From Bacteriovoracaceae bacterium (GTDB lineage Bacteria > Bdellovibrionota > Bacteriovoracia > Bacteriovoracales > Bacteriovoracaceae), in NCBI GenBank assembly GCA_965217035.1, contig OZ244226.1, positions 186,001-250,000 of the forward strand: a stretch of DNA of 64,000 bases, written 5' to 3'. Made by a program: the position numbers and the translations under genes. Position 1 is the stretch's first letter, and the number at the start of each line of letters is the position of its first letter. Below the pieces are notes generated by a model. The model saw only the letters and a list, made by a program, of their open reading frames with translations, did no database searches and was not told the origin of the DNA. Shown in pieces: positions 1 to 9,871 of this stretch.

Positions 1-661
1 AACTATTAAGGACAAATGAATCTCCTTTTTTAGAAAAATTAGACCCAACCACATCAGAAGCATCAATATTCATGACTCTAAAGTCTCTCTTAAGTTCTTT
101 GCTGAAAACAAGACCATTGGGTCCCGCACCAATGACCACATAATTGAGACGTGTTATTGTATTAATAGAGGTCTTATTACTAGTTTCTGCTATCAATAAT
201 CTTTTAATCAAACGAGATCTTTGCCTAAGAAAGATATTTGAAGTTTCTACAAGAATTTTTCTAGACCTCGGGTTTTTCATTAGCGGTGTTAAGTAAATTC
301 GCGTGAACTTTTCAAATAGAGCTGAATCGAGAAGACTATTAAAATCAGCTTCAGTTTTCGCAGCTTCCATTTTTTCTAAGAAATTTTTTATGATTTGATC
401 GTAAGAAGATGGATCAATGACAGCACCATTGATATCTCTAACAATCGTATCTTTATAGATTTGAGAAAGAACTCTTAAAGTCCCAGGATCAGTTTTTAAC
501 ATTTCAGCAACAGAGTATCTACAAACGCCCCCTTGAGTGAGCGTTCTATTTATATCTTTACCATCAAGACTTTTTAGAAATTTCAGATAATCTTTAACAG
601 CAAAGGCTGACTGACAAAAAATAAAGAAAAAAATCAATAATAAACTTCTTCTAATTAACAT
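1..661 (-). CDS. Secreted FAD-dependent oxidoreductase (3' part outside window; not in ORF track)
   Basis: Manual translation from ATG at 661: MLIRRSLLLIFFFIFCQSAFA (signal peptide), later in frame LNYVVIGAGPNGLVFSKELKRDFRVMNIDASDVVGSNF (GxGxxG Rossmann motif); open to the window edge. Confidence 0.75.
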   Translation of the reverse strand, partial: MLIRRSLLLIFFFIFCQSAFAVKDYLKFLKSLDGKDINRTLTQGGVCRYSVAEMLKTDPGTLRVLSQIYKDTIVRDINGAVIDPSSYDQIIKNFLEKMEAAKTEADFNSLLDSALFEKFTRIYLTPLMKNPRSRKILVETSNIFLRQRSRLIKRLLIAETSNKTSINTITRLNYVVIGAGPNGLVFSKELKRDFRVMNIDASDVVGSNFSKKGDSFVLNS

Positions 662-708
662 AGTAACCTTCATAAGGGAAAATAGTATTTAAAATTCTTA
701 TTGGAATA

Positions 709-735
709 TTATCGACTTCTATAAAGAAATCTTTA
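709..735 (-). promoter_or_regulatory. sigma28/FliA-like promoter of the 661(-) gene
   Basis: Minus strand TAAA-N15-GTCGATAA versus consensus TAAA-N15-GCCGATAA. Confidence 0.6.
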
Positions 736-828
736 AGAGCAAAGACTGACTAATAGAGGTTGACCTGAGAACTCTGATTCTTAGGAAATATCTCACTCGT
801 CCGATAAAGTTACTCTGAAATAATTACT

Positions 829-2007
829 TTGGAGTTTTTGAAATTGAAGTATCTTTTTCCCATATTATTTGTTTTTCATTGGAATCTTAGTGGGTATGCT
901 CAAACGACCTATGGTTCTGAATTTGAGTTGATGGGAAGAAATCAAATGAAAGTCATAGGGGCTTGCGCTGCATTTTTTGGAACTATTCCAATTATTCTTT
1001 TTCATGAAGCCGGTATGCTAAAGCCTAAAAAAGAAACTGGAGTCATGTTAATTCAATATGCAGTTCTTGGAGGATTTACCTCTGTTGTCGGTTTTGCAGG
1101 ATCTGTTCTATGCCAAGAATTAATCGTTAAGTATAAATATAAAAAATTAAAGAAGGCTTTATTAAACAGATGTAAAACTTCTAAGTGTAAAGTTGAAAAA
1201 GTAAGAGTTAAGAGTGTTAGGCATCGAGAACATGAGGCTTTTAAAGTGCTTTATAATGATGGATTCTACTTTATACTCGACAAAGATATTACGGCAATTG
1301 AGATACAGATGAAGCCCATAACTCTTGAAGGGCTCAAAAAACAAGAGATGAGATTAAAACGTGATCTCTTTGATCTTGCTAAATCTCAAGGAATTGAAGC
1401 GTATCGTTCAACTGAATTTCTTTCGCAAGGGCACATTAATATTGGATATGAATCAGCTTTTGGAGGAGATGAGCTTCTTTTTAGAAACTTTGTGATCGAT
1501 CAGCTAAATCATTCTGAACTTGCGACAGGTATTTTTTCAAATGATAATTACAACGCAAAAACTCCCATGAAAAAAGCTGAGAAAAGAGTAAAACTTGAGA
1601 AAGTTATTGCTCAATTCGACAAGGGAGAGTTATCTGTAGCCGATTTTTCAAAAAAACTTCAAGATATTTATGGTGGTTCAATGACATTTATGAGCTTAAA
1701 TACTTTGTTTGAAAAAAAATCAAGAAATGAATTAAAATTTGCAAAGAATACAAGAAGAGTTGAGATTCGAGCTCACCGGGCCCAGAAAGATATTAAAGAG
1801 TTTTTACTATTAGTACAGATTTATGAGAAGCGAATTGAGTATCTTAAGCAGTTCAGAGAGCCTATTAAATTTATTAATTCCCCTCCTCCTAGGAAGCTAG
1901 AAGATAAAGTTCGTAATTTCGAAGTCTATCTTAAAGAAATGGGGGAAGATCCTCAAAGTTATAAAGAAATCTTTCCTAAAAAGATCTGTCGTCATTTCAC
2001 AGAATAG
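829..2007 (+). CDS. Secreted protein with amidoligase / glutamate-cysteine-ligase-like (DUF2126-like) motifs
   Basis: Signal peptide; motifs TYGSEFE, DITAIEIQMKP, GHINIG...LFRNF...NH, RVEIRA resemble COOH-NH2 ligase motifs. Confidence 0.5.
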   Translation: MEFLKLKYLFPILFVFHWNLSGYAQTTYGSEFELMGRNQMKVIGACAAFFGTIPIILFHEAGMLKPKKETGVMLIQYAVLGGFTSVVGFAGSVLCQELIVKYKYKKLKKALLNRCKTSKCKVEKVRVKSVRHREHEAFKVLYNDGFYFILDKDITAIEIQMKPITLEGLKKQEMRLKRDLFDLAKSQGIEAYRSTEFLSQGHINIGYESAFGGDELLFRNFVIDQLNHSELATGIFSNDNYNAKTPMKKAEKRVKLEKVIAQFDKGELSVADFSKKLQDIYGGSMTFMSLNTLFEKKSRNELKFAKNTRRVEIRAHRAQKDIKEFLLLVQIYEKRIEYLKQFREPIKFINSPPPRKLEDKVRNFEVYLKEMGEDPQSYKEIFPKKICRHFTE

Positions 2008-2204
2008 TTAGATACAAACCAAAAATCCGTTCACAATAAAAGTAAGTGAGAAGATTCATTGCAAAACTATTATACTAGGGTATTGTTTAAGAGAGAATTT
2101 CACCATCGTAAAAAATGCAATTTTAAGAGTGGACTTGATTCAGTCTATAGAAGATCTTATTTTCAATAAAATTTTCAGAAGAATTTAATAAATCAATATT
2201 AGAA

Positions 2205-2231
2205 TAAAATATTAACTGGCTTATCCGACTA
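2205..2231 (+). promoter_or_regulatory. sigma28/FliA-like promoter upstream of the 2300 gene
   Basis: TAAA(2205-2208)-N15-TCCGACTA(2224-2231). Confidence 0.5.
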
Positions 2232-2299
2232 ATGGTGTCCACCTCTCCACGATCTAACCAACCCTATTAAATATTCTTCTTCTTGGTATAATTAAAGGC

Positions 2300-3487
2300 A
2301 TGACAGATAAAAAGGATCGTGATGATCTTACCTCAATTACTGATCTTGATGAGTTCGAGCATTCTGAAGAAAATATTGATGAGCTTTTTGATTCAGCTGT
2401 AGAAGAATCCGAGGAAGACTCAGAAGCGCTCTCGGAAATGGATATGGCCTTTTCCGAAGACGAATTTTCAGAAACATCTGCTTTTGCAGATGCCAGTTTA
2501 TCCAAAGAGGATGAACAATTAACAGACTATCCTATCGATGAGCAAACCAAAATAACTGAATTACCAGATTCCACTCTTACTGATTTTGAACTTCCGGAGA
2601 CAAATAATTCCATTGATAACGAATTAGAATCTAAAATCGAAGAAACTCTTGATTTCAATACGAAATCAGAGGAACAGATTGTTGAAGAGATCAAACATGA
2701 CCCCCTTCTAGAAGAAAAGTATGAAAACGAAACTCCTATTGCTCAAGAACTTCAAGAAGAATTGAGTAAAGAAATGGAGGCCCATATTCCTCATACTATC
2801 CCAATGGAGCATATCCCAAGCTTCTCCCTCAAGATCACTGGGATTCATGATAAGTATGACGGGGAAGATGTTCTAAGAATCCTACGCGAATTTCTCAATT
2901 ACTCAGATGATGAAGAAAATCTCTGGATCCGTGCGGTAGAAAGAGGTGAAGTTCTTATTCCAAGAGTAGGAGAATATGTAGCCATCACAATTGCTCATAA
3001 ACTCCGTCATATCAATGCACGTTTTCAACTTGGACTCAGCGAAGAAATCTTTGATACCCCGGTTGAAGAAATTCAGAAAGGACCAGTCAATCATCATACT
3101 TTATCTTTAAATAAGTCTTATTCTTACGATGCAGAAAAAACGAGAGTTCCGATTAAAGAAGTTCTTACTTCAACAACCGCGCAGATTGAAAATGCTCAAA
3201 TCAAAAACTATTTTGGCATAGCGATGGAAGAAAAAACTGTCGATATCATGGAATACCACTCAAATATTATTGAACTCAATACTCTAGATGAGAAAACCAA
3301 AGAGTTCGAACAGTTCGGATTTAAAGATGTTTATAGAGAACTAATCGATCGACTGAAGCATCATGCCATGAATAAAAATGCCAACGGAGTCATTAATATT
3401 CAGTTTCAAAATATTCCTCTCCCCAAAGAGGACTATCTTTATAAAATTATTTGTTCGGGGACGCTGGTTTGGATCGAGAAACGTTAA
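2300..3487 (+). CDS. Protein with long acidic disordered N-terminus and C-terminal YbjQ/UPF0145-like domain
   Basis: D/E-rich first ~150 aa; C-terminal TSTTAQIENAQIKNYFGI...LKHHAMNKNANGVINI...CSGTLV matches the YbjQ pattern. Confidence 0.6.
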   Translation: MTDKKDRDDLTSITDLDEFEHSEENIDELFDSAVEESEEDSEALSEMDMAFSEDEFSETSAFADASLSKEDEQLTDYPIDEQTKITELPDSTLTDFELPETNNSIDNELESKIEETLDFNTKSEEQIVEEIKHDPLLEEKYENETPIAQELQEELSKEMEAHIPHTIPMEHIPSFSLKITGIHDKYDGEDVLRILREFLNYSDDEENLWIRAVERGEVLIPRVGEYVAITIAHKLRHINARFQLGLSEEIFDTPVEEIQKGPVNHHTLSLNKSYSYDAEKTRVPIKEVLTSTTAQIENAQIKNYFGIAMEEKTVDIMEYHSNIIELNTLDEKTKEFEQFGFKDVYRELIDRLKHHAMNKNANGVINIQFQNIPLPKEDYLYKIICSGTLVWIEKR

Positions 3488-4602
3488 AAGATCATTATGA
3501 ATATATTATTGTTGGTGGCGGGATCAACGGCATCGGTGTCTTCTCGGAACTTGTAAAAACGGGGAAAGATGTCCTTTTAATTGAAGCAGAAGAGTTTATG
3601 CAACAAACAAGTTCTCGCAGTTCAAAAATGCTTCATGGTGGAATCCGTTATCTCGAAAATTTTGATTTCGATTTAGTTTATGAAGCTTTAAGAGAAAAAA
3701 ATTATTGGATCAAAGAATGTCCAGAACTTTGTAAGGAACAAAAGTTTTTTATCCCTGTTTATCAGGATTCTCCTAATCCACTTTGGAAGTTGGTTGCGGG
3801 AGTAAAACTTTATGATGCACTTTCCGTCTTTCAAAATAGTTCTTCTCAATTTCATTCTAAGCATGAAACATTAAAATGCCTTCCTCACTTATCAGGCATT
3901 AACCTAAAAGGTTCTGTTAGCTATTATGATGCCATTGTTGATGATTACGCTTTAGGAATATTTGTTCTTAATGCGGCTAAGAGAATGGGACAAGGCCAAG
4001 CAGTAGAGTATTGTCAGTTGAAAGAAGTCTATAAGAAGAATGATTTCCATCTTAAGGTTAATTACCAAGCAGAAGAGAAATCTCTTACTTGTCATAAACT
4101 TATTTTTACAACGGGTCCTTTCACTGATCAATTAATGAAGAATCTTGAGCTTCCCTGGACACCTCAATTAATTCTTTCCAGAGGCTCTCATCTCTTTCTA
4201 AAAAAAGATCGATTCCCAATTGATAAAGGTGTTGTCATTCAAGAAGGAAATCGAGTTATCTTTGTTATCCCTCATCCAGACTATATTTTATTAGGAACAA
4301 CAGAACATAAAGAGCCTGATAATATAGATCTCTATTCATTAGAAATTCTTCCTGAAGAAAAACAATATCTCATTGATAATTTTGAAAAATATTTTCCAGA
4401 TCATAAAATCTTGGATACCGATATCATCAAGACAACAACAGGTATTCGTCCTCTAGTTAAAGACAGTCGCTCAACAACTCCTGGTAAAGTCAGTCGCCAC
4501 CACGAAATTTATCAAATGAAAGAAAATTGCTACGTTCTTTTGGGTGGGAAATACACAACCTTTAGAAGCATGGCCCAAGATTTAGTCAAAAAAATAGGCT
4601 AA
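3451..4602 (+). CDS. glpD: FAD-dependent glycerol-3-phosphate dehydrogenase/oxidase-like (short form)
   Basis: IIVGGGING, TSSRSSKMLHGGIRYLE, GIRPL, SRHH, GGKYTTFRSMA motifs; lacks the usual C-terminal cap; true start may be slightly downstream. Confidence 0.8.
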   Translation: MFGDAGLDRETLKDHYEYIIVGGGINGIGVFSELVKTGKDVLLIEAEEFMQQTSSRSSKMLHGGIRYLENFDFDLVYEALREKNYWIKECPELCKEQKFFIPVYQDSPNPLWKLVAGVKLYDALSVFQNSSSQFHSKHETLKCLPHLSGINLKGSVSYYDAIVDDYALGIFVLNAAKRMGQGQAVEYCQLKEVYKKNDFHLKVNYQAEEKSLTCHKLIFTTGPFTDQLMKNLELPWTPQLILSRGSHLFLKKDRFPIDKGVVIQEGNRVIFVIPHPDYILLGTTEHKEPDNIDLYSLEILPEEKQYLIDNFEKYFPDHKILDTDIIKTTTGIRPLVKDSRSTTPGKVSRHHEIYQMKENCYVLLGGKYTTFRSMAQDLVKKIG

Positions 4603-5679
4603 TTACATTCTGTAGGAAATACCAACTAATAAACGAGGTCCCATTCGAACACGACTCCAGTCAGTTGTCGTAATGGTAGGAACATCATCATTGAAGCTAT
4701 CTTGTCTGCGATAAAGATCGATTAAGAAGCGCATCCCAAAGCCACTTGGGAGAAAATACTTAAATCCGATCCCCCCAAATAGCGCGACTGTTGAGCCAGT
4801 CACTTCAACAGTCGTTTGCGCTGTTGAAGCAAGTTCTCCTCCAGAAAAAGTATCAGTAATCGATCCAACCCCTAAACCGGTAGTAAGATAAGTGATGAGT
4901 TGATTCGCCTTATGAGGGTCACCAAACATGTAAAAATTTATTCCCCCACCAAACTCTAAAGATGCTGAATCGGTAAGCGCCCCATCAAAACTGAGCAAAC
5001 TTTCTTGAAGATATTGAAAGTAGCCAAAGATTCCTGTGCTTTCAAAATAATATTCACCACTGATAAGAACATTATTTGTAAATTCCGAGCCTGTGAAATC
5101 AGAATTGCTTGTTGTCCCTGTCACTTCAGAGGAATAAGATTGAAAACCAATTGTCGCTCCGATCTCAAAGTTTTTATCACTAATATCTAAATCCAACTCC
5201 TGCAATTCTTGGGTCATAGCCACTTTGGCTTGTGACTCAGGAACTTTTCCGTCATCAAACAGATCAGAATAAACTTGAAATTCTTTATCAGCGACCTTGT
5301 CATCAACCGTATTACTGAAAGACGAATCGCGACTCACAACCGCAAGGGGATCATCCGTTAACTTCACCTTAGGAGTAATTTTAATATTCATGATCTCATT
5401 GCTATTCAAGAGATCACGATTGATAACTCGGTAAACAGACCAAACGGAACGTTTCTTTGAGAGCTCAACAACAACCGCTCTAGCGACAACTCCTTCAGAA
5501 ACAAAAAACTTAGCATGATCACCTGGCACCAGTTCATCACTTCGTCCTTTATTAAGGAGGATTGTTTTCTTAGATTTCGAGGTTTTAAGGACTCTCACTG
5601 TGAGCTTCGAGTCAATTTCGAGAGAGAAGCCTTTTGCAGTCATCAATGTGACTAATATCCATATTCTTTTCATAGACAT
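4603..5679 (-). CDS. Secreted protein, C-terminal outer-membrane beta-barrel
   Basis: Signal peptide, alternating amphipathic strands, terminal ...VGISYRM; N-terminal ILLNKG..D.L.PGD (FlgT-C-like). Confidence 0.6.
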   Translation of the reverse strand: MSMKRIWILVTLMTAKGFSLEIDSKLTVRVLKTSKSKKTILLNKGRSDELVPGDHAKFFVSEGVVARAVVVELSKKRSVWSVYRVINRDLLNSNEIMNIKITPKVKLTDDPLAVVSRDSSFSNTVDDKVADKEFQVYSDLFDDGKVPESQAKVAMTQELQELDLDISDKNFEIGATIGFQSYSSEVTGTTSNSDFTGSEFTNNVLISGEYYFESTGIFGYFQYLQESLLSFDGALTDSASLEFGGGINFYMFGDPHKANQLITYLTTGLGVGSITDTFSGGELASTAQTTVEVTGSTVALFGGIGFKYFLPSGFGMRFLIDLYRRQDSFNDDVPTITTTDWSRVRMGPRLLVGISYRM

Positions 5680-5751
5680 AACATCCTGTTTCTTTTATTT
5701 TAATGCCTACTGACAAGATAAACAAATATTGCTGCGCAGCAAAGAGGCATT

Positions 5752-5952
5752 ATGGCAAAAAGAAAAAGAGAAAAGCGCTACTATAAGTACTCCTGCACTT
5801 TGACAGGTGAAACGTTTAAATTGACAGAAAAAATCGATAATACCGATGAACTGACTTCAATCATGGCGTATTACGAGATGAATCCAGAAAAAGACGATCG
5901 TCCGCTCGTCATCAAGAAAAAATTGGGCGTTGAAACTGAAGAAGAATCCTAG
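5752..5952 (+). CDS. Small hypothetical protein
   Basis: 66 aa, GAGG RBS, directly upstream of trxB. Confidence 0.7.
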   Translation: MAKRKREKRYYKYSCTLTGETFKLTEKIDNTDELTSIMAYYEMNPEKDDRPLVIKKKLGVETEEES

Positions 5953-5973
5953 TTAAAAATAAAAGAGCAAAAA

Positions 5974-6891
5974 ATGATGAAAAAGAAAGTCGTTATAATT
6001 GGTACCGGCCCTGCAGGTTTAACCGCTGCTTTATATACTGCTAGAGCAGACCTCGAGCCTGTTATCTTTGAAGGGCATGAGCCAGGTGGGCAACTCACTC
6101 TTACTACTGATGTAGAAAATTTCCCAGGTTTCCCTGAAGGTGTGATGGGACCAGATCTTATTAATAATATGAGAAATCAGGCAAAACGCTTTGGAGCTGA
6201 ATTTGTACAAGAAACTGTTACTGAAGCGGACTTTTCTCAAAGACCATTCAAGATTACAACTAATAACCAAACAATTGAAGCCGAAACGGTCATTATCTCT
6301 ACAGGGGCAAGTGCAAAGTTTTTAGGTCTTGATAATGAAAAAGAATTGACCGGCAAAGGCGTTAGCACTTGTGCGACTTGTGATGGCTTTTTCTATAGAG
6401 ATAAAATTGTTCATGTTGTTGGTGGTGGTGATACAGCAATGGAAGACGCGACTTTTATTACAAAGTTTGCAAAAAAAGTTTATGTCATCCACAGAAGAGA
6501 GACCTTAAGAGCATCAAAACCAATGCAACAACGTGCTTTTAACAATGAAAAGATTGAGTTTCTTTGGAATACAGAAGTAAAAGAAATCCTTTTCGATGAA
6601 TCTGGAGTTACGGGCATTAAAGTTTTTAATAACCAAACAAATGAAACAACTGAACGTCAGACAGATGGTCTTTTTTACGGAATCGGACATACTCCAAACA
6701 CTGGGTTTCTTAACGGTCAATTAAAACTTGATGACCATGGATTTATTGATACTCATGATGGACCAGAAACAAATATCCCAGGTGTTTTTGCTTGTGGTGA
6801 TGTTCAAGATCCCTATTATAGACAAGCGATCACCGCTGCTGGCTCTGGTTGCCAAGCAGCGATAAAAGCTGAGAGATTTTTAGAAAGTTAG
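5974..6891 (+). CDS. trxB: Thioredoxin-disulfide reductase
   Basis: IIGTGPAG, GGQL, CATCDG redox motif, GGGDTA, ACGDVQD...QAITAAGSG. Confidence 0.97.
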   Translation: MMKKKVVIIGTGPAGLTAALYTARADLEPVIFEGHEPGGQLTLTTDVENFPGFPEGVMGPDLINNMRNQAKRFGAEFVQETVTEADFSQRPFKITTNNQTIEAETVIISTGASAKFLGLDNEKELTGKGVSTCATCDGFFYRDKIVHVVGGGDTAMEDATFITKFAKKVYVIHRRETLRASKPMQQRAFNNEKIEFLWNTEVKEILFDESGVTGIKVFNNQTNETTERQTDGLFYGIGHTPNTGFLNGQLKLDDHGFIDTHDGPETNIPGVFACGDVQDPYYRQAITAAGSGCQAAIKAERFLES

Positions 6892-6925
6892 TATAAATCT
6901 TCTGTCTTAAAAAAAAGAACGATTT

Positions 6926-7429
6926 TTATTGACCAGCACCCATTTTCTTTAAGAGCTCTATAAGCTGATTGGGATCCATTTCTTGAGCAGGAGCTTGTTC
7001 TTGAATTTCTAGAAACTGTCTTACGAATTGTATGTAATTACAATCTTCCATTAAACTAAACTCTACTTCTACTCCACCGAGAGTAATAGTTGAGATTCCT
7101 TTATTAAATCCAATTGTTTGATCATTTGTAATAAATACTGAGTCATCAGAATTTAATGACTTAAGCTCAAGTTCAAGAAAAATGTCTTTAAACATGACCA
7201 TATTCTTATTAGTGATAAATTGTGAAGATTCTTGAAATTTACAGTTCGCTTGGATTGTTTGAATTTCCATTCCATTAGCAATTGAAATAACTGAAGCTTT
7301 ATTCGATCGAGCACTACAAGCTTCCATATCAGTTTGAATTTTAAAATCAAAATTATTAAGCTTACAAAGCAGCTCTGCCGAAAATAAATTAAATGAACTG
7401 AAAAAAAGAATGGTTGAAAGTATCCGCAC
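6926..7429 (-). CDS. Secreted hypothetical protein
   Basis: Signal peptide, AGGAGG RBS, GTG start. Confidence 0.65.
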   Translation of the reverse strand: MRILSTILFFSSFNLFSAELLCKLNNFDFKIQTDMEACSARSNKASVISIANGMEIQTIQANCKFQESSQFITNKNMVMFKDIFLELELKSLNSDDSVFITNDQTIGFNKGISTITLGGVEVEFSLMEDCNYIQFVRQFLEIQEQAPAQEMDPNQLIELLKKMGAGQ

Positions 7430-7562
7430 GATGGCCTCCTAAATCGTTGATCCGCAATATCGTACTTCTACCATCATCGAAATTAGAAAATAAATGAAAA
7501 AAAGCGAAAGACTCAACTCCCCTTTTTCTCTAATAATTTTAAATACTTAGATAGTGTAAATT

Positions 7563-8774
7563 TTACTGACTTTTAAAAGTCGCCACAACTCTTCGGTTCT
7601 TTTGCCGACCTTCAATCGTGTTATTATCGGCTATAGGCTGACTTGGGCCATATCCAACGGCCGTTAATCTTTCAGGATTAATCTCATATTTTTCTACTAA
7701 ATGTTGCTTAACCGCTTCGGCCCTTTGCTCAGACAGCTTAGTATTCCAATCGACATTACCACGATCATCAGTGTGTCCTGCAATTTCAGCTTTGGTATCC
7801 ATGTAAGCTTTTAAAAAGAGTGCAACTTTATGAAGCTCTTCCTCATATCTTGGATCAATATCTGCTTTATTGGCAGAAAAATTGATATTGATGGTGATAT
7901 CGACTGTTTCTTTTTCTGTACAACCTGCAGAGTTTACTTTCGTCCCAGCTTCAGTATTTGGGCATTGATCTAGTTTATCAGCGACTCCATCATTATCGCT
8001 ATCTTTTTGAGAGGCTGAACATCCGTTAACATCAACTTTTTCAGTCTCAGGTGTTGTTGTACATTTATCTTCTTTATCATTAACACCATCATTATCAGTA
8101 TCTCTTTGAGAATCTGCACAACCGTTATTATCAACATATGAACCTGTCGGAGAGTTGTCGCATTTATCAAATTGATCTGCGACTCCATCTTTATCAGCAT
8201 CGGCCATGGCCACTTGACCAAAATAAATTGTCGTTGAGAAAGTTGGATTCAAGAAATGCTGCTCAGAAGAGTTTCGAGTTTCATCAACTCTATCAATCAT
8301 ATGATAATCAACAGAGAGTCCCACATTCCACCACCGGGTGATAAAATACTCTATCCCAAGACCAATTTTATAAGCTGTTCTCCAATAGTCTGACTCAGAA
8401 GTGAAGCCAGATTGTTTAACATTCGCGGCACCGATACCGATCGAAGCGTAATTATACCATTTACTATGGGTCTTAAAGATTCCAATCAAGTAATTCAAAG
8501 TAATGAGGTCATTCTCAAAATCACTTTTTTCTCCAGTCACACTGTCATCAAAGGCGAAACGATCAAATTCAATTTGGAGCGCCTGCTTATTTTTAAAGTG
8601 ATAACGAAGCCGAATAGCTGCGCCACTATTGGGATCAATAATCTCCTTAACGGCCTTAGTCCCCTGAACAGAAGGAACACCGTAATCAAGACCAAATCCC
8701 CACTTACCTTTCATGTCATAGGAATATGCGCTAATAATAGAAAGACCGAAGACCAGTAAACCAATCACCTTCAT
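7563..8774 (-). CDS. OmpA-family protein: beta-barrel + thrombospondin type 3 repeats + OmpA-C peptidoglycan-binding domain
   Basis: DxDxDGVxDxxDxC repeats (x3); IAGHTD...NTKLSEQRAEAV...GYG...NRRV. Confidence 0.9.
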   Translation of the reverse strand: MKVIGLLVFGLSIISAYSYDMKGKWGFGLDYGVPSVQGTKAVKEIIDPNSGAAIRLRYHFKNKQALQIEFDRFAFDDSVTGEKSDFENDLITLNYLIGIFKTHSKWYNYASIGIGAANVKQSGFTSESDYWRTAYKIGLGIEYFITRWWNVGLSVDYHMIDRVDETRNSSEQHFLNPTFSTTIYFGQVAMADADKDGVADQFDKCDNSPTGSYVDNNGCADSQRDTDNDGVNDKEDKCTTTPETEKVDVNGCSASQKDSDNDGVADKLDQCPNTEAGTKVNSAGCTEKETVDITININFSANKADIDPRYEEELHKVALFLKAYMDTKAEIAGHTDDRGNVDWNTKLSEQRAEAVKQHLVEKYEINPERLTAVGYGPSQPIADNNTIEGRQKNRRVVATFKSQ

Positions 8775-8853
8775 CTAGCACCTCCTAAAGAAACTTTATT
8801 ATGCTAGAGCTAAAAGATATCGAATCGTCAGGTATTCGCCAAGTAAACTAAAC

Positions 8854-9753
8854 CTAGTTACCCCACTCTTGAGGATAGTAATATTCCATCATTTTTGAAT
8901 GAGGAGTTCCTGGCTTTGGTTCGTATCGATAAGTGAACTCACAGCGTTTAGGTAACGAAATTAAAATCGAATCCGTTCTTCCATTGGTTTTTAAGCCAAA
9001 ATGAGTGCCTCGATCATGGATAAGATTGAATTCAACATACCTCCCTCGCCTAAAAAGCTGAAATTCCTCATCAGTCTTATCAAATGTTTCTTGGAACCTT
9101 TTCTGCACAATCGGGAAATAGCTTTTTATAAAAGAATTTGAGAGGTCCACAACCATATTAAAATCATTATCAAGATTTCCAGTATTAAAGTGATCAAAGA
9201 AAATACCGCCAATCCCTCTCATTTCTCCTTTTCGGTGATGATTAACGAAATACTGATCGCATTCCTTTTTCATCCATTCATAACAGTCAAAAGGAGCACA
9301 GGCTTCACGAAGTGTTTTGTGGAAGTAATGAAAATCATCTTCATGGGGGTAAAAAGGAGTTAAATCTGCTCCTCCACCAAACCAATAAAAATCACCTTGC
9401 TGAATCATTCTAAAGTTAGCATGGACAGTGGGGACTCTTGGATTTGTTGGGTGTAATATAAGAGAGATACCTGTCGCCCAAATCTCATTCCCATCACCTT
9501 TGAGTTTAGTTGCAAAGTCTGGATTTACTGCTCCATAGATCTCAGAAGTGTTCACACCAGCATTTTCAAAAACTTCCCCTTCAAAGGCCCTCGTGATTCC
9601 ACCGCCTCCTTCATCTCCGTTATGGTCTTTTCGGTCCCAGCAGTCTTCATTAAGACTTAGCTCTCCATCAATCTTATGCATTTCAGCAGTAATTTGATCT
9701 TGTAGGTCTTTGACATGGTTAGCAAATCGCGATTTATACTCTTCCAATTGCAT
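8854..9753 (-). CDS. hemF: Oxygen-dependent coproporphyrinogen III oxidase
   Basis: HPTNPRVPTVHANFR, WFGGGADLTP, RGIGGIFFD, RRGRYVEFNL; start set at ATG 9753 with GGAG RBS. Confidence 0.95.
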   Translation of the reverse strand: MQLEEYKSRFANHVKDLQDQITAEMHKIDGELSLNEDCWDRKDHNGDEGGGGITRAFEGEVFENAGVNTSEIYGAVNPDFATKLKGDGNEIWATGISLILHPTNPRVPTVHANFRMIQQGDFYWFGGGADLTPFYPHEDDFHYFHKTLREACAPFDCYEWMKKECDQYFVNHHRKGEMRGIGGIFFDHFNTGNLDNDFNMVVDLSNSFIKSYFPIVQKRFQETFDKTDEEFQLFRRGRYVEFNLIHDRGTHFGLKTNGRTDSILISLPKRCEFTYRYEPKPGTPHSKMMEYYYPQEWGN

Positions 9754-9871
9754 CGTATCTCCAAGAATTCGGGCATAGTTCATACAGGTTCCTCTCTATA
9801 ATATTTAAGGTTGCGTTCAATGACTATCCCCATTATTATTCCAGTTCTAACTATAGGAAATGACTTAAATC

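Noticed and set aside
2083..2169. Possible 28-codon ORF in the 2008-2299 gap
   Set aside because: TTG start, weak RBS, no recognisable features
7940..8200. Repeats in ompA (and the LysM repeats at 29310-29760) as CRISPR or DNA repeats
   Set aside because: Protein-level TSP3/LysM repeats, not conserved nucleotide repeats with spacers
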